Part shown: positions 1 to 9,475 of the stretch, in pieces
Layout: each line of letters begins with the position of its first letter
How positions within the stretch are numbered: the stretch's first letter is position 1
Origin: Verrucomicrobiota bacterium
GTDB lineage: Bacteria > Verrucomicrobiota > Kiritimatiellia > UBA8416 > JBHORK01
Length of the DNA: 64,000 bases
Direction of reading: 5' to 3'
NCBI GenBank assembly: GCA_042565725.1
Contig: JBHORK010000002.1
Span: 5,049-69,048, forward strand
Made by a program: the position numbers and the translations under genes
Notes under the pieces: generated by a model
What the model was told of the DNA's origin: nothing
Seen by the model: the letters and a program-made list of their open reading frames with translations, nothing else
Databases searched by the model: none

Positions 1-299
1 ATGGTATGCGGACTGTCGCCCAGAGTTTCGCCGTTAATTATGGCCACACAATACACACCATCGCCAATCGTGCCATACAAAGTCGCAGGCACGGTACCGC
101 CGCTTACTATATGCGCAACCGCGTATTCCGCCCCGGCCTCAGCCACATACAGAGCTTTTTCAATATCGACCTGACTTCTGGCTATTTTCATATGCGTACC
201 TGCTGATTGCATGATCACCGCAAGCAAAACTCCAAGTATAGCGACAAAACACATTACAGTCACAAGCGCCACACCCTGTTTTGTTTTGCACTTTTTCAT
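1..299 (-). CDS. PilX/GspK-like minor pseudopilin, N-terminal part (partial, runs off left edge)
   Basis: Own translation of minus strand from ATG at 299: MKKCKTKQGVALVTVMCFVAILGVLLAVIMQSAGTHMKIARSQVDIEKALYVAEAGAEY. Hydrophobic pilin-like N-terminus without Glu+5. Last gene of the minus-strand pseudopilin operon. Absent from ORF track because no stop lies in the window. Confidence 0.55.
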   Translation of the reverse strand, partial: MKKCKTKQGVALVTVMCFVAILGVLLAVIMQSAGTHMKIARSQVDIEKALYVAEAGAEYAVAHIVSGGTVPATLYGTIGDGVYCVAIINGETLGDSPHT

Positions 300-306
300 A
301 TCACCC

Positions 307-885
307 TCAATTCCGGTAGTTCACATATGAATTCACCGTATTCACCGATGAAAATCGGCCTTCTGTAATACTTACAACAACCGATATAACAAGCCCGTCT
401 CCCGTATTAGAAACCGAAGCACCCGACACATCCTCTCCTGTCACTATAGGATTGCTCACTGAGCCGGTATTTGAATACGATATGCGTCCGAGCCCGCTGT
501 CATATTCAAAGAGATTGGTTACGCTGTCAGCGGATTCGTAGCTCAAAGCCCAATCGTTACCCGACGGAACAATATTCACGGTTGACCCCTTCGCGGCCCG
601 TACTCCGCTGTATAAGCTTATGCCGTACACCATCTTTTCCACTATCAGACTGGCTTCATTGGCCGTGCGCATGTTCACCGAGGTCTGATGCCATACCTTC
701 TGCCCGGAAATATAAACCGCAAAAACGCCCGACATGATCACGCTGAAAACACCCACCGTCATCAACATCTCCGTTAACGTGAAGCCTCTTATGCGAGACA
801 GGCCGACCGCCCCGCATATATTGCGGGGTAAACGTTGAGCTTGCCCCGCTTTTAGCGGGGGCAGAAATAAACTTCCCGTCTTCAT
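307..885 (-). CDS. minor pseudopilin (prepilin-type N-terminal cleavage/methylation domain)
   Basis: IRG|FTLTEMLMTVGVFSVIMSG motif (Gly-Phe cleavage site, Glu+5, hydrophobic helix). 4-nt ATGA overlap with upstream gene at 882-885. Confidence 0.75.
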   Translation of the reverse strand: MKTGSLFLPPLKAGQAQRLPRNICGAVGLSRIRGFTLTEMLMTVGVFSVIMSGVFAVYISGQKVWHQTSVNMRTANEASLIVEKMVYGISLYSGVRAAKGSTVNIVPSGNDWALSYESADSVTNLFEYDSGLGRISYSNTGSVSNPIVTGEDVSGASVSNTGDGLVISVVVSITEGRFSSVNTVNSYVNYRN

Positions 886-1262
886 TGATGCATACTCCTT
901 GTAATTGAAGATGTAAGAGTTAAATTTGATATTCTGGAACTGCCGGCCTGAGTCCAGGAAAGAGTCAATGTGACATCTTTTGTGTCCGAATATTCAGAGT
1001 TCATGGACACAGAGTAACTGCCGCCGGTAACAAGATGTGTTCCCAGACTCAGCTCTGAATCGCCATAATCATGCGCGACCAGCTCTTCCATCAGCTGTCT
1101 TGCCTCATGCATCTTCTCCATGAATTCGTTGGCAATGACCGCTGATCGCTGGGCAGACACAAATGTGGTTAGAAAGGCCGACATAGTAAAAGCAAGAATC
1201 GCCCCCGCGATCATTACCTCAACAAGAGTAAGGCCTCTTTTCGAATATAGATTAATGCTCAT
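882..1262 (-). CDS. minor pseudopilin (GspI/PilV-size, prepilin-type N-terminus)
   Basis: MSINLYSKRG|LTLVEVMIAGAILAFTMSAF; Glu+5 present; 126 aa. Confidence 0.75.
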   Translation of the reverse strand: MSINLYSKRGLTLVEVMIAGAILAFTMSAFLTTFVSAQRSAVIANEFMEKMHEARQLMEELVAHDYGDSELSLGTHLVTGGSYSVSMNSEYSDTKDVTLTLSWTQAGSSRISNLTLTSSITRSMHQ

Positions 1263-1461
1263 TTCACTATATAAATGAGCATCGAACGTGCCGGAAATGA
1301 GGATTTTCAGGTTTGGTTCAAATAAGACAGAAAAAGCTTAGAAAAATGCCTGAAATAAGGATTTTTCACGGATCTTTTATTGAAAAAATGCCCGTCATGT
1401 CGCCGAAAAGAGACAATCCAGTAACAATATTATGACGATTGATAACCAATAACCGGCGCGC

Positions 1462-2625
1462 CTACTGCTGCCAGGCGGAGATGCCTATAACATCCTCACC
1501 GGAACCCGGGCCGGAGTCACCGCCCGGCGGTGTCGGCCAGCAGAACTCGTAAGTCATGATATCTGAATTACCGGTCTTATCAATATCACCGCCGACAACA
1601 ATCATACCATCTACCGTTCCATTAGCGGAATGTATATAATCACCGTTCGGCACATAGATGAAACCGTCTATATCACCCGAACACTGATTTCGTATATAGC
1701 TGTCTCTGCTCACAAATAACGGATAACCGTTTGTCTCACTGAACTTGGAGCCGTTATTGGCGGAGATATGAATATAGCCGGTGGCAATGACGGTTCCATT
1801 GATAACGGTATCACTGGAAATATCGACATTGCCGTTAACCCATATTATACCACCGGCCGGATTCAGATTATCTCCGGCCCAATGAACATCTCCGTCAATC
1901 ACCTCACTGTTAGCCAGAGCTTCGTTGTAATACGGTGTCAGATCGATTTCCGGTATAGCGATATTATCAACTGCCTGTTCTGTTTCAGTGCCTGATACAT
2001 CAACATCAATATCCGGTGCCGTAGCATTTCCAGTAACATCAGCTTGAGGGCCCCCATCTATCGAGACGGAAGATTGCAGGTTCCCCACGGTTATATCTTT
2101 ATTATGAAGATCAATCTCACCATTAACATGGATCGTAGCGCCGGTTGAGCCGGTTACATCACCGCTTCCGTTCAAATCAAAGTCACCGCCGCAGAGTATG
2201 GCTATATCAAGAATGTTCGTATCCCAGGTGGGGACGCTGAAACCAGGAGTACTGCCGCCATAGTTCTTAACGTCAACCATAACAGCGGCAACTGCTTCTT
2301 CACAAATTCCCGTGCAGATGATAAGAGCCATATCATTACTTATGGGAATCACAGTTGCATCATAAGAGCCATCACCGTAACTCTTTGCGGGAAACATCGC
2401 CGCGTTTGTCCGCGCCGCAAAATTCGTGGACAAAATACTGTATGCCTCGTCTACTCCCGCTTCCGCATACGCGGTCGCTTTCAAACGTTTGGTCAGCTTC
2501 TTTGTTGTAAATGTGCGCTGAATGCCCGCGGAAATAACAGTGCCAAGCAGTATGGTTACGGTCATAATAACCATAAGCACAGTCAACAAAGCCGCCCCGT
2601 TTCTATTTTTGTCATAAGTCTTCAT
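1462..2625 (-). CDS. large GspK/PilX-like pseudopilin with repetitive beta-helix-like C-terminal region
   Basis: NRNG|AALLTVLMVIMTVTILLG (pilin-like helix lacking Glu+5, as in GspK/PilX). C-terminal repeats of G-D/N-V/I-x-G type. Start moved to ATG 2625, preceded by GGAGGA; the ORF track extends to 2682. Confidence 0.65.
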   Translation of the reverse strand: MKTYDKNRNGAALLTVLMVIMTVTILLGTVISAGIQRTFTTKKLTKRLKATAYAEAGVDEAYSILSTNFAARTNAAMFPAKSYGDGSYDATVIPISNDMALIICTGICEEAVAAVMVDVKNYGGSTPGFSVPTWDTNILDIAILCGGDFDLNGSGDVTGSTGATIHVNGEIDLHNKDITVGNLQSSVSIDGGPQADVTGNATAPDIDVDVSGTETEQAVDNIAIPEIDLTPYYNEALANSEVIDGDVHWAGDNLNPAGGIIWVNGNVDISSDTVINGTVIATGYIHISANNGSKFSETNGYPLFVSRDSYIRNQCSGDIDGFIYVPNGDYIHSANGTVDGMIVVGGDIDKTGNSDIMTYEFCWPTPPGGDSGPGSGEDVIGISAWQQ

Positions 2626-2688
2626 CACTCTGTCCTCCATTTTAAATTCATCATTCATCATTCTGCGTTCATCATTTATCATTCTCCC

Positions 2689-4737
2689 CTACTTCCCTGT
2701 ATTTCGCGGCCTGATTTCAGCCGTCATAGCTGAGGTCATTCGCTGGTCACCCTGATAACCTGCCGCATCTTTAAAAATCTCCAGTTCAATCATTATACCC
2801 TGCCTCAATTCCTCGCCATCGACCTCCAGCTTGAACACACCATAATCCGGACCCTGCGTAAATGTCCCGCCTACATCAACAAGCTGGGTCTCACCTTCCC
2901 ATTGAATTGTTACATCTTTAAGAATAGGTGTCGCGGTACCGGCAGGATCGGTATAAAACTGTGCCTGAAATTGGACATATCTGTTATCGCCCGGATCAAT
3001 TGTCCCAGACTCTGTCCTGGTAGTTGTATTTGTCCAGGCTACAGCATCTGAAAGATCATTGCTGTTGCCGGTGCGAACTCTAATATCAAGCGCTGTGTCG
3101 GTTGGCTCATTTTCGGTCCAGTCAATTCTCATATAATCCGGACTATCCAGGCGTGTATCAAAAATACTTGATGTATATGTGGCATTGGTCGGATACTTTG
3201 TATGAAGATATTGAACGCCCAGTACTATGGGTAAATTCGTCAAATCCGCACGGGCATTCCATACGGTATTTGAAGTATCCTCTACGGAAGGAGCATTTGT
3301 AAGCAGATACGACCCGACAGCATTAGTGTCCCAGACTTCCTGCCAGAAGAAAGGATTGCAATTACCGACACCTATATCCATCAAACAAGAAACAAGATAA
3401 GTCTTTTCCTTGTCTATCGGATAATCCAGCCAGTCGGACCATGCATCATCTCCGCTGTTAATCTGCTTCGTGGGTAACCCGGAACCAAAAGTAATCTGAC
3501 GCTGAGTTCCAACCGCCACATCACTTGCAGGAACACTGGCGCTTGAGCATTCTCCAATAAACGCAGCATTTATCTTGAAATTCTGACCTGCTGTACCTGC
3601 CTTGAAATTGATCCTGCACTTCTCTCCATTATACCGGAGCCAACCGCCGTTTACCATGTCTTCACCCCTGAGCACCGATCGAACAGCACATCCCGACAAC
3701 AGATTACCGCCATAAGATGCACCTGCGGAACCGGTCTGATTTTCGGCCATCCAGTTCGTTCCGTTTCCCTCCAGCTTAACAATAAAATTGGTGCTGTCGA
3801 ATTCAACAGTAGTGTTTTCCGCTGAGTACCCGGTGCCGCGAAAGTTACGCTCCTCCCACTGATCGTTCCGCAGGACAAGTGTAAAATAATCGCCGACACC
3901 GTCAGCCGGGAAATATAACTGATAATTTCCGCTCCATGAACCGCCGGCCATGTACTGTGCCTCTACAGTCTCTCCGACATCTTCCTCACCCGCACCAGTA
4001 TCCAAAGGTACATGGGCCTCAGCCTCCCTTCTTCCGTAAGAAGGCGACACAAAAAGACTATCCAGCCCTATCTTATACCCTGAACTGTTTGTATTTTTCC
4101 CTTCCGCGGTAAATGTAAACGAATGCGGTCCATTTGTAAGAACGCAGGACCCGAGTATTATATTTACTTCGCGTTTTGGGGTGTCATTATATCCGTCATA
4201 AGTTGAACTATGCGGAATAATGTTCCAGGTGAACACATTATCGAAAATAACTCTTGTTGAGGCATTAGCAGCATTATGTGCTGATGCACCGTTACCGTTT
4301 GTAACCACACTACCTATTTGTTCCTGCCTCTCGATATCCGTCAAATTGGTCCTGGGATCAAATGTAGTAACTCGAAGCTGAAAGGGCTCCGACTCCCAGA
4401 CATGATAAATCAGGGTTTTGTCCCATATAATATTTGTCTGCGCGTCAAGATCCACCACACCGTCCCCGTCATCATCTCGAGCCAGGGGAAAACTCATCGC
4501 AGTATATGGTCCCGCGCCTGCCGGATGAAATGCCATTTTATCCAGTGCGGAAAGCCGAAGATCTATTTTGACACGTTCCATTGATGTTTGAACATCTATA
4601 TCCAATTCGTCCTGAACCGTGCTCATACGGGTCCCGCGCATGACATAAAAGAAACCGGCCATTGCCATGCTTATAGCTATCAGCAGTATCGTTGCTGCAA
4701 CAACAGCTTCTACAAGTGTAAACCCGCATTTTTTCAT
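2689..4737 (-). CDS. giant pilin-fold protein (682 aa) with prepilin-type N-terminus
   Basis: MKKCG|FTLVEAVVAATILLIAISMAMAG followed by about 640 aa of non-repetitive, presumably extracellular sequence. Sits in the pseudopilin operon. Confidence 0.75.
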   Translation of the reverse strand: MKKCGFTLVEAVVAATILLIAISMAMAGFFYVMRGTRMSTVQDELDIDVQTSMERVKIDLRLSALDKMAFHPAGAGPYTAMSFPLARDDDGDGVVDLDAQTNIIWDKTLIYHVWESEPFQLRVTTFDPRTNLTDIERQEQIGSVVTNGNGASAHNAANASTRVIFDNVFTWNIIPHSSTYDGYNDTPKREVNIILGSCVLTNGPHSFTFTAEGKNTNSSGYKIGLDSLFVSPSYGRREAEAHVPLDTGAGEEDVGETVEAQYMAGGSWSGNYQLYFPADGVGDYFTLVLRNDQWEERNFRGTGYSAENTTVEFDSTNFIVKLEGNGTNWMAENQTGSAGASYGGNLLSGCAVRSVLRGEDMVNGGWLRYNGEKCRINFKAGTAGQNFKINAAFIGECSSASVPASDVAVGTQRQITFGSGLPTKQINSGDDAWSDWLDYPIDKEKTYLVSCLMDIGVGNCNPFFWQEVWDTNAVGSYLLTNAPSVEDTSNTVWNARADLTNLPIVLGVQYLHTKYPTNATYTSSIFDTRLDSPDYMRIDWTENEPTDTALDIRVRTGNSNDLSDAVAWTNTTTRTESGTIDPGDNRYVQFQAQFYTDPAGTATPILKDVTIQWEGETQLVDVGGTFTQGPDYGVFKLEVDGEELRQGIMIELEIFKDAAGYQGDQRMTSAMTAEIRPRNTGK

Positions 4738-4748
4738 GCTTACCCCTT

Positions 4749-5195
4749 TTACTCTATCACCTCTTGATATTCGGCAAACAATGATTGGATAGTCTCTCCT
4801 GCACCTTCAAATTCTAAAGAGACCCGATTTCTGATGCCTACGCCAACCGTTACCTCTCTCAAATTAACAGTCACATTGCTTACAAAGGTTGTTCTCCGAA
4901 ACCGATAATCTGACCCTGAAACATCGTTTCCACTCACATCAACGGGGGTGTGAACCTCAATAAATTCCGTGAGTTGGTCAAAATCAAATGTTCGAACCCT
5001 TTCCAATCTGTTTTTGGCTATATTTGCGGCAACATAATGATCACGCGACAAATCGCTCAATGCTCTGCCGTTTTGTATGAGCGCACACATTCCTGCAACA
5101 CAAATAGCAAAAATGGCCACCGCAATCATGACTTCCAGTATGGTCATTCCATCACGAATGTCAGAGAATATTATTGTTTTCAGTCGCTTCTTCAT
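4749..5195 (-). CDS. minor pseudopilin (GspH/FimT-size, prepilin-type N-terminus)
   Basis: DIRDG|MTILEVMIAVAIFAICVAG; Glu+5; first gene of the minus-strand operon. Confidence 0.7.
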   Translation of the reverse strand: MKKRLKTIIFSDIRDGMTILEVMIAVAIFAICVAGMCALIQNGRALSDLSRDHYVAANIAKNRLERVRTFDFDQLTEFIEVHTPVDVSGNDVSGSDYRFRRTTFVSNVTVNLREVTVGVGIRNRVSLEFEGAGETIQSLFAEYQEVIE

Positions 5196-5458
5196 GTTTT
5201 CGGTCGCAATCCAAGCCTAGTATATAAGACTATATCTAATAAAGAAGCTATTTCTATGCCAATCGTTGAAACCTGATAAAAACAGCCTTCTTGCAGCATT
5301 TTCTTTCTCAAAAATAGGAAATTTTTATGTGAAATTTCGACTTAGTTTGGTATTCTTCTAATTGGTACAAAGTATGCTTTCTTTAATTTGAACTGGTTCA
5401 ATAAGAAGGTTGTGTTCAGTCTCGATATTGCATAAAGAAAAACAAATGGAGATCTCTC

Positions 5459-5977
5459 ATGACAAAAACAGGCATCCAGAATAAACGGAAAGGCTTCACC
5501 CTGACTGAGGCAATGATCGCAACTGCCATCATTGGATTGCTTGCCGCAATTGCGGTTATCGCAACCAACAAAGCCCTCGCAACGACAAGGATTAAGCAGG
5601 CGGAATCGGACCTCGCAATTCTTTCAACCGCCATAAAACAGTTGGCATGGGACACGGGCAGATGGCCGGGCGGAGCATCAAGACTCGCAATATCTTATAC
5701 TGATAATGAAATAACAAATCTCAACGTATCGGGCATGGGTCTGCTTGATGAAGGCACCAACAATTTATATCCAAGCTGGAGAGGACCTTATGTGCGAGAG
5801 ATACCTGAAGACCCGTGGGGAACGTCGTATTTTTTCGATTCTGACTTTAAGTCAAATGACTCTCAATCCGCTTTCCGCCCTGCCGTGGGATCATACGGCC
5901 CCAACAAGGTACAGGGCCCAGGCTCACCGGGTCCCAGTTACGATAATGATAATATCTACGTATGGGTAGATGAATAG
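5459..5977 (+). CDS. type II secretion major pseudopilin GspG-like
   Basis: KRKG|FTLTEAMIATAIIGLLAAIAV plus WRGPYVREIPEDPWGTSYFFDS, the DPWG..Y block typical of GspG. Confidence 0.8.
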   Translation: MTKTGIQNKRKGFTLTEAMIATAIIGLLAAIAVIATNKALATTRIKQAESDLAILSTAIKQLAWDTGRWPGGASRLAISYTDNEITNLNVSGMGLLDEGTNNLYPSWRGPYVREIPEDPWGTSYFFDSDFKSNDSQSAFRPAVGSYGPNKVQGPGSPGPSYDNDNIYVWVDE

Positions 5978-5983
5978 AGGAGC

Positions 5984-6008
5984 GCCTTTACCGCTGTGCG
6001 GTAAAGGC
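5984..6008 (+). terminator. stem-loop immediately after the gspG-like stop (perfect 10-11 bp stem, no U-tract)
   Basis: gCCTTTACCGC-tgt-GCGGTAAAGGc seen directly, 7 nt after the TAG stop. Confidence 0.45.
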
Positions 6009-6113
6009 AGAGTTCAGGTTTCAGTGTTCAGTTAGCCGCATTATTGCACGAGCTCAGATTACGCAAGGCTCAAGGCAACCAGCTCTAAACATTCAGCTGC
6101 AAAAAGAGCAGAC

Positions 6114-6252
6114 GAATATCCAATCCCGCTTTGCGGGACAAGTATCCTTGTTTATCATGCTTCGGTGTGACAAGGAACACCCAATCATCAACTGATCTAC
6201 CGGAATCTTCACTTGGAAATTGGACATTCCTTGTTGGATATTGAGTGTTCGG
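6114..6252. repeat. composite intergenic module: AATCCCGC-yTT-GCGGGA hairpin plus inverted copies of the TTGGAyATTCCTTGTTGGATATT word
   Basis: gaatatccaatcccgctttgcgggacaag... gtgacaaggaacacccaat ... ttggaaattggacattccttgttggatattgag. Related sequence at 35816-35864 (reverse orientation), 29381-29535 and 38112-38140. Confidence 0.7.
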
Positions 6253-6306
6253 CATAGATATTTTCGTCACCATTGTCTTGCAAATTATCAACCTATAGGC
6301 GGACAT

Positions 6307-6660
6307 TTAATCAAGTTGGTGTATTGCTGCGCCGGAAAATCCGCAGGCAGGATCCACGCTGATGGCATTATAAGAGTACGTGCCGTTATTACCGGGGCAG
6401 AAATGTTCACCGTTCTTTATGTACTCATTCACTGCCGTTCTGTATGTACCGGAATCAGTTGCCTGACCGTCCGGCCATCTCAATACCATTGCAACCTGTT
6501 CTTTACTCGAATCAACCTGGCGTAAGTTACTAATACACGTATTCTGAATGGCCTTATTACGAGCTTTAACGAAAGAAGGGAGGGCCATCGCAGCCAGAAG
6601 ACTAATAGTTGCGACAACAATCATGATCTCAACGAGCGTGAAACCTGATTTCTTTTTCAT
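6307..6660 (-). CDS. short type IV pilin / pseudopilin (117 aa)
   Basis: MKKKSG|FTLVEIMIVVATISLLAAMALPSFVKARNKA. Start set at ATG 6660, preceded by GAGGGA; the ORF track extends to 6696. Confidence 0.8.
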   Translation of the reverse strand: MKKKSGFTLVEIMIVVATISLLAAMALPSFVKARNKAIQNTCISNLRQVDSSKEQVAMVLRWPDGQATDSGTYRTAVNEYIKNGEHFCPGNNGTYSYNAISVDPACGFSGAAIHQLD

Positions 6661-6741
6661 CACATCCCTCAGTTTTAAAATCTTATCCATTGGCATTGTG
6701 CAGCATTGTATTAATAAATCACTGCTTACTGATATTTAAAT

Positions 6742-6758
6742 AGCACTATCCATGCCAG
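6742..6758 (-). promoter_or_regulatory. candidate sigma54 (-24/-12) promoter upstream of the short pilin gene
   Basis: Minus-strand reading is cTGGCATGGATAGTGCT versus consensus TGGCACG-N4-TTGCW. GG and GC are at the correct spacing, with 10 of 12 defined positions matching. Confidence 0.4.
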
Positions 6759-7179
6759 ATCCAGAATATCTACCATACATCTATCTTATACTAGACAAAT
6801 AAACGGCGTCTTAAAAGCAAAAGAACGGATAAACCTGTACAGTGCTAAACTGTCAAAACTTCCCGCATTTTGAATCTTTTATGATTTCTGCTCTTTTTTG
6901 CTTGCTCTGCATAGCTTTATGCAAAACATAGGCGGCTAACATTTCTTTTTCTCTTTGTTCTACTGCTGAATTTATCAAAATTGCGAAATATTCCATCCAT
7001 GGTCCGGCTTATATTTGTTTTTTATTCTTTTGCCTTTCCTAGCGTAAATACAAATAAAACCATAGAACATTGAATAACTGCTGTTCCGCAACTCAGCTTT
7101 TTTGTTTTGCTTTTTGTTATTGTTTGCATGAAACTTGCTTTTAGTATTTTGTTAAAGTTCGGGAAATATAAGAAAAATC

Positions 7180-8208
7180 ATGAAATCATTAAAAGAGCTC
7201 ATAGATCATTTCAAGCGGGGCCCCTCCGATCTTGTTGGTATTGAAACAAGAAATGACGGAACAAGAGTAGTCAGAATGCGAAAAAACGATGAAGAACTCT
7301 CTGTTATCTCTGCTGATACTCTGCCCCCCGTTAATATCCCTGAGGAATCTGAAGCGGTATCTCCCGCCCCCCTTGATTTACCCGGCAAGCTCAAGGCAAA
7401 ATACGCGTCCATTGCAATCTCCAGCAAAAATGCCACCGTCAAGCTATTAAGTTTTCCTGGGCGCTTCGATGCCGAGGCGGAAGCAAAGGTTGTCGACAGC
7501 CTGGGGCTTGAAAAGCCTGATGATTTTCGTATCGGCTATAAACTTATCAGCGAAGGAAAAGGTAAAAGCGAATCTAAAGTACTGGCTGTTGCTGTCCCGG
7601 AAATACAGGCACAGTCAGCGGTTATGCTTCTTTCCCACGGTCGGCCCGCGCCATTCTCTCTCGAAATCTCCGGTTTAGCAGCGATGACTGCTTTTTCCCG
7701 CTCCCCGAAAATACATAAGGAAAATGAATCTGTGGGCGCTATTTATTTCGAAGAAAGCACTACTACTTTTGTTATTTTCCATAAACGTCTCCCGGCACTG
7801 GTTAGAACATTCGATATAGGTACCAATACTATCCTGGATAAAGTACAGGAAACACTCGGTGTGGACAAAGATACCGCACAGGGCATTATAGCTGACGGGG
7901 CATTTGATATTTCTCAGGCTGTCAGCAAAATAATGGGGCCTCTAGTTAAACAGCTTATTGTTTCCCGGGACTTTGTGGAACGCCGTGAAAATTGCCATGT
8001 AGCCAAGATATATGCTTCCGGCGGCCTTATTGTATCCCGCGATTCTCTCAACGAAATGCAGCAGTCTCTGGGAATCGATATTGATTTCTGGAACCCTTTC
8101 GACGGGCTGAACATGGCACCAAACGCGTACCCTGAAAGTCTTTCAGGACAGGAATGGCAGTTCTCCGCGGCAGTGGGGGCTTGCCTTGCAACATTCGAGG
8201 AATCATGA
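7180..8208 (+). CDS. pilM: type IV pilus assembly protein PilM (actin-like ATPase fold)
   Basis: 342 aa. C-terminal KIYASGGLIVSRDSLNEMQQSLGIDIDFWNPFDGL resembles PilM. Followed by overlapping pilN/O-like genes and a secretin. Confidence 0.75.
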   Translation: MKSLKELIDHFKRGPSDLVGIETRNDGTRVVRMRKNDEELSVISADTLPPVNIPEESEAVSPAPLDLPGKLKAKYASIAISSKNATVKLLSFPGRFDAEAEAKVVDSLGLEKPDDFRIGYKLISEGKGKSESKVLAVAVPEIQAQSAVMLLSHGRPAPFSLEISGLAAMTAFSRSPKIHKENESVGAIYFEESTTTFVIFHKRLPALVRTFDIGTNTILDKVQETLGVDKDTAQGIIADGAFDISQAVSKIMGPLVKQLIVSRDFVERRENCHVAKIYASGGLIVSRDSLNEMQQSLGIDIDFWNPFDGLNMAPNAYPESLSGQEWQFSAAVGACLATFEES

Positions 8209-8819
8209 ATCTTAAAGTAGATTTAATTTTAGAGACAGAACAGCGCAGTGGAAGCGTCATAAACCTGAAGATCATCATACGTGTTATCAGCTTTTTAATT
8301 CCTGCTGTTTTAGGAGTTATCGTTCTTTTTGCCGTCATAAACTCCATGCAGAAGAAAAATGAGCTGAATACGCTCGAGAATAAAATGTCCATTGCCGAAC
8401 CCAAACAAAAAATTGCAACAAAACTGAGGAATCAATTAACCACAAATCTTGACATCATGAAGGAGCTGGAAGGATGGCGTTCTTCGCATATCGATTGGCA
8501 CCAGCAATTAATTAACATCCAAAGAGAAGTACCCCTTAAAATACAATTTGAAAGTTTTGACATTAAACAAGTTCTACAGCTTGCAGACAACAGGACCCCT
8601 TCCAGATGTTTCACGTTAACTATAAAAGGCCTTGCTAAAGGCAACGATGCTGAAAACAACATTCAGCACTTGAGCGATAACATGGCAAATTCCGCGGCGT
8701 TTACCCCTTTAACGGAAGATGTCAATGTATGGGGTTCCCGCGACAACCGTAAAGGCGCCGACAAGACCGACAGAATCTTTCGTATTGATTGTATTTACAA
8801 GCCAAGGAAATTCGAATGA
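8205..8819 (+). CDS. pilN: PilN-like bitopic pilus alignment protein
   Basis: ATGA overlap with pilM stop. Single N-terminal TM (IIIRVISFLIPAVLGVIVLFAVI) then a coiled-coil segment. Call rests on position in the pilMNOPQ order. Confidence 0.6.
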   Translation: MNLKVDLILETEQRSGSVINLKIIIRVISFLIPAVLGVIVLFAVINSMQKKNELNTLENKMSIAEPKQKIATKLRNQLTTNLDIMKELEGWRSSHIDWHQQLINIQREVPLKIQFESFDIKQVLQLADNRTPSRCFTLTIKGLAKGNDAENNIQHLSDNMANSAAFTPLTEDVNVWGSRDNRKGADKTDRIFRIDCIYKPRKFE

Positions 8820-9475
8820 AACTGCCAACGGATAAAAAAGAACGCATTAAGATTCTGATCCTGATTTTTATGGGCAGTGCCCTGGTGCTCTGGCTGACAA
8901 TCACGGGCCCGGTTAATCATTATCTCAGGACCAAGAAAGAAAGAATTGAAAAAATAGAAAAGCTTAACACAGACTGGAAAAAGGCACGCCTGGAAGTAAG
9001 CATGATATCCAGAGACCGTGAGGAAACCTATGATGCAGTAGCAAAAATCAAAGAAGCATCTGATAAATATGTTCTTCTTCCGCGACTTGGCGACAATTAT
9101 CTGCTGGGCGCCAGGGACATAGTTGAAAAGTTCACCAATGAGCTTGGCCTTGAAATTGATTCCACGAAGGAAATCGGCAGAGTCGATATCCCAAAAGGCG
9201 GGGGAGTAAACACATTTAAAGCATATACGGCCCAATTCGATATTCAGTGCGGATATCATGACCTTGTCAAGCTTCTCACAAAACTTGAAAAGAGTAATCC
9301 GTATGCGTGCGTATCCGACTTGCAGATCACACTGCAAAGAAACGACAGAATCAAACACCATGTGAACTTCAAGGTCCAATGGCCCATCTGGATTGACTCC
9401 GAAATACCGAAAAAACTGCCCGAACAGTTGGCCGAACTTGTGGAACTCAGAAAAAAGGAAACAAAAGAAAAATGA
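8816..9475 (+). CDS. pilO: PilO-like bitopic pilus alignment protein
   Basis: ATGA overlap with the previous gene. TM (ILILIFMGSALVLWLTITG) followed by coiled coil. Call rests on position. Confidence 0.55.
   Translation: MKLPTDKKERIKILILIFMGSALVLWLTITGPVNHYLRTKKERIEKIEKLNTDWKKARLEVSMISRDREETYDAVAKIKEASDKYVLLPRLGDNYLLGARDIVEKFTNELGLEIDSTKEIGRVDIPKGGGVNTFKAYTAQFDIQCGYHDLVKLLTKLEKSNPYACVSDLQITLQRNDRIKHHVNFKVQWPIWIDSEIPKKLPEQLAELVELRKKETKEK

Noticed and set aside
7124-7139. Sigma54-like TTGCAT-N5-TTGCT upstream of pilM
   Set aside because: It lacks the invariant GG of the -24 element.
8795-9379. 194-aa minus-strand ORF, and similar antisense ORFs (471-737, 10314-10607, 11272-11700, 20441-21091, 24877-25218, 51669-52196, 59486-59941, 60787-61218)
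   Set aside because: Each is fully embedded antisense in a gene with strong family motifs. Their compositions are typical of shadow ORFs, and they lack RBS or family motifs.
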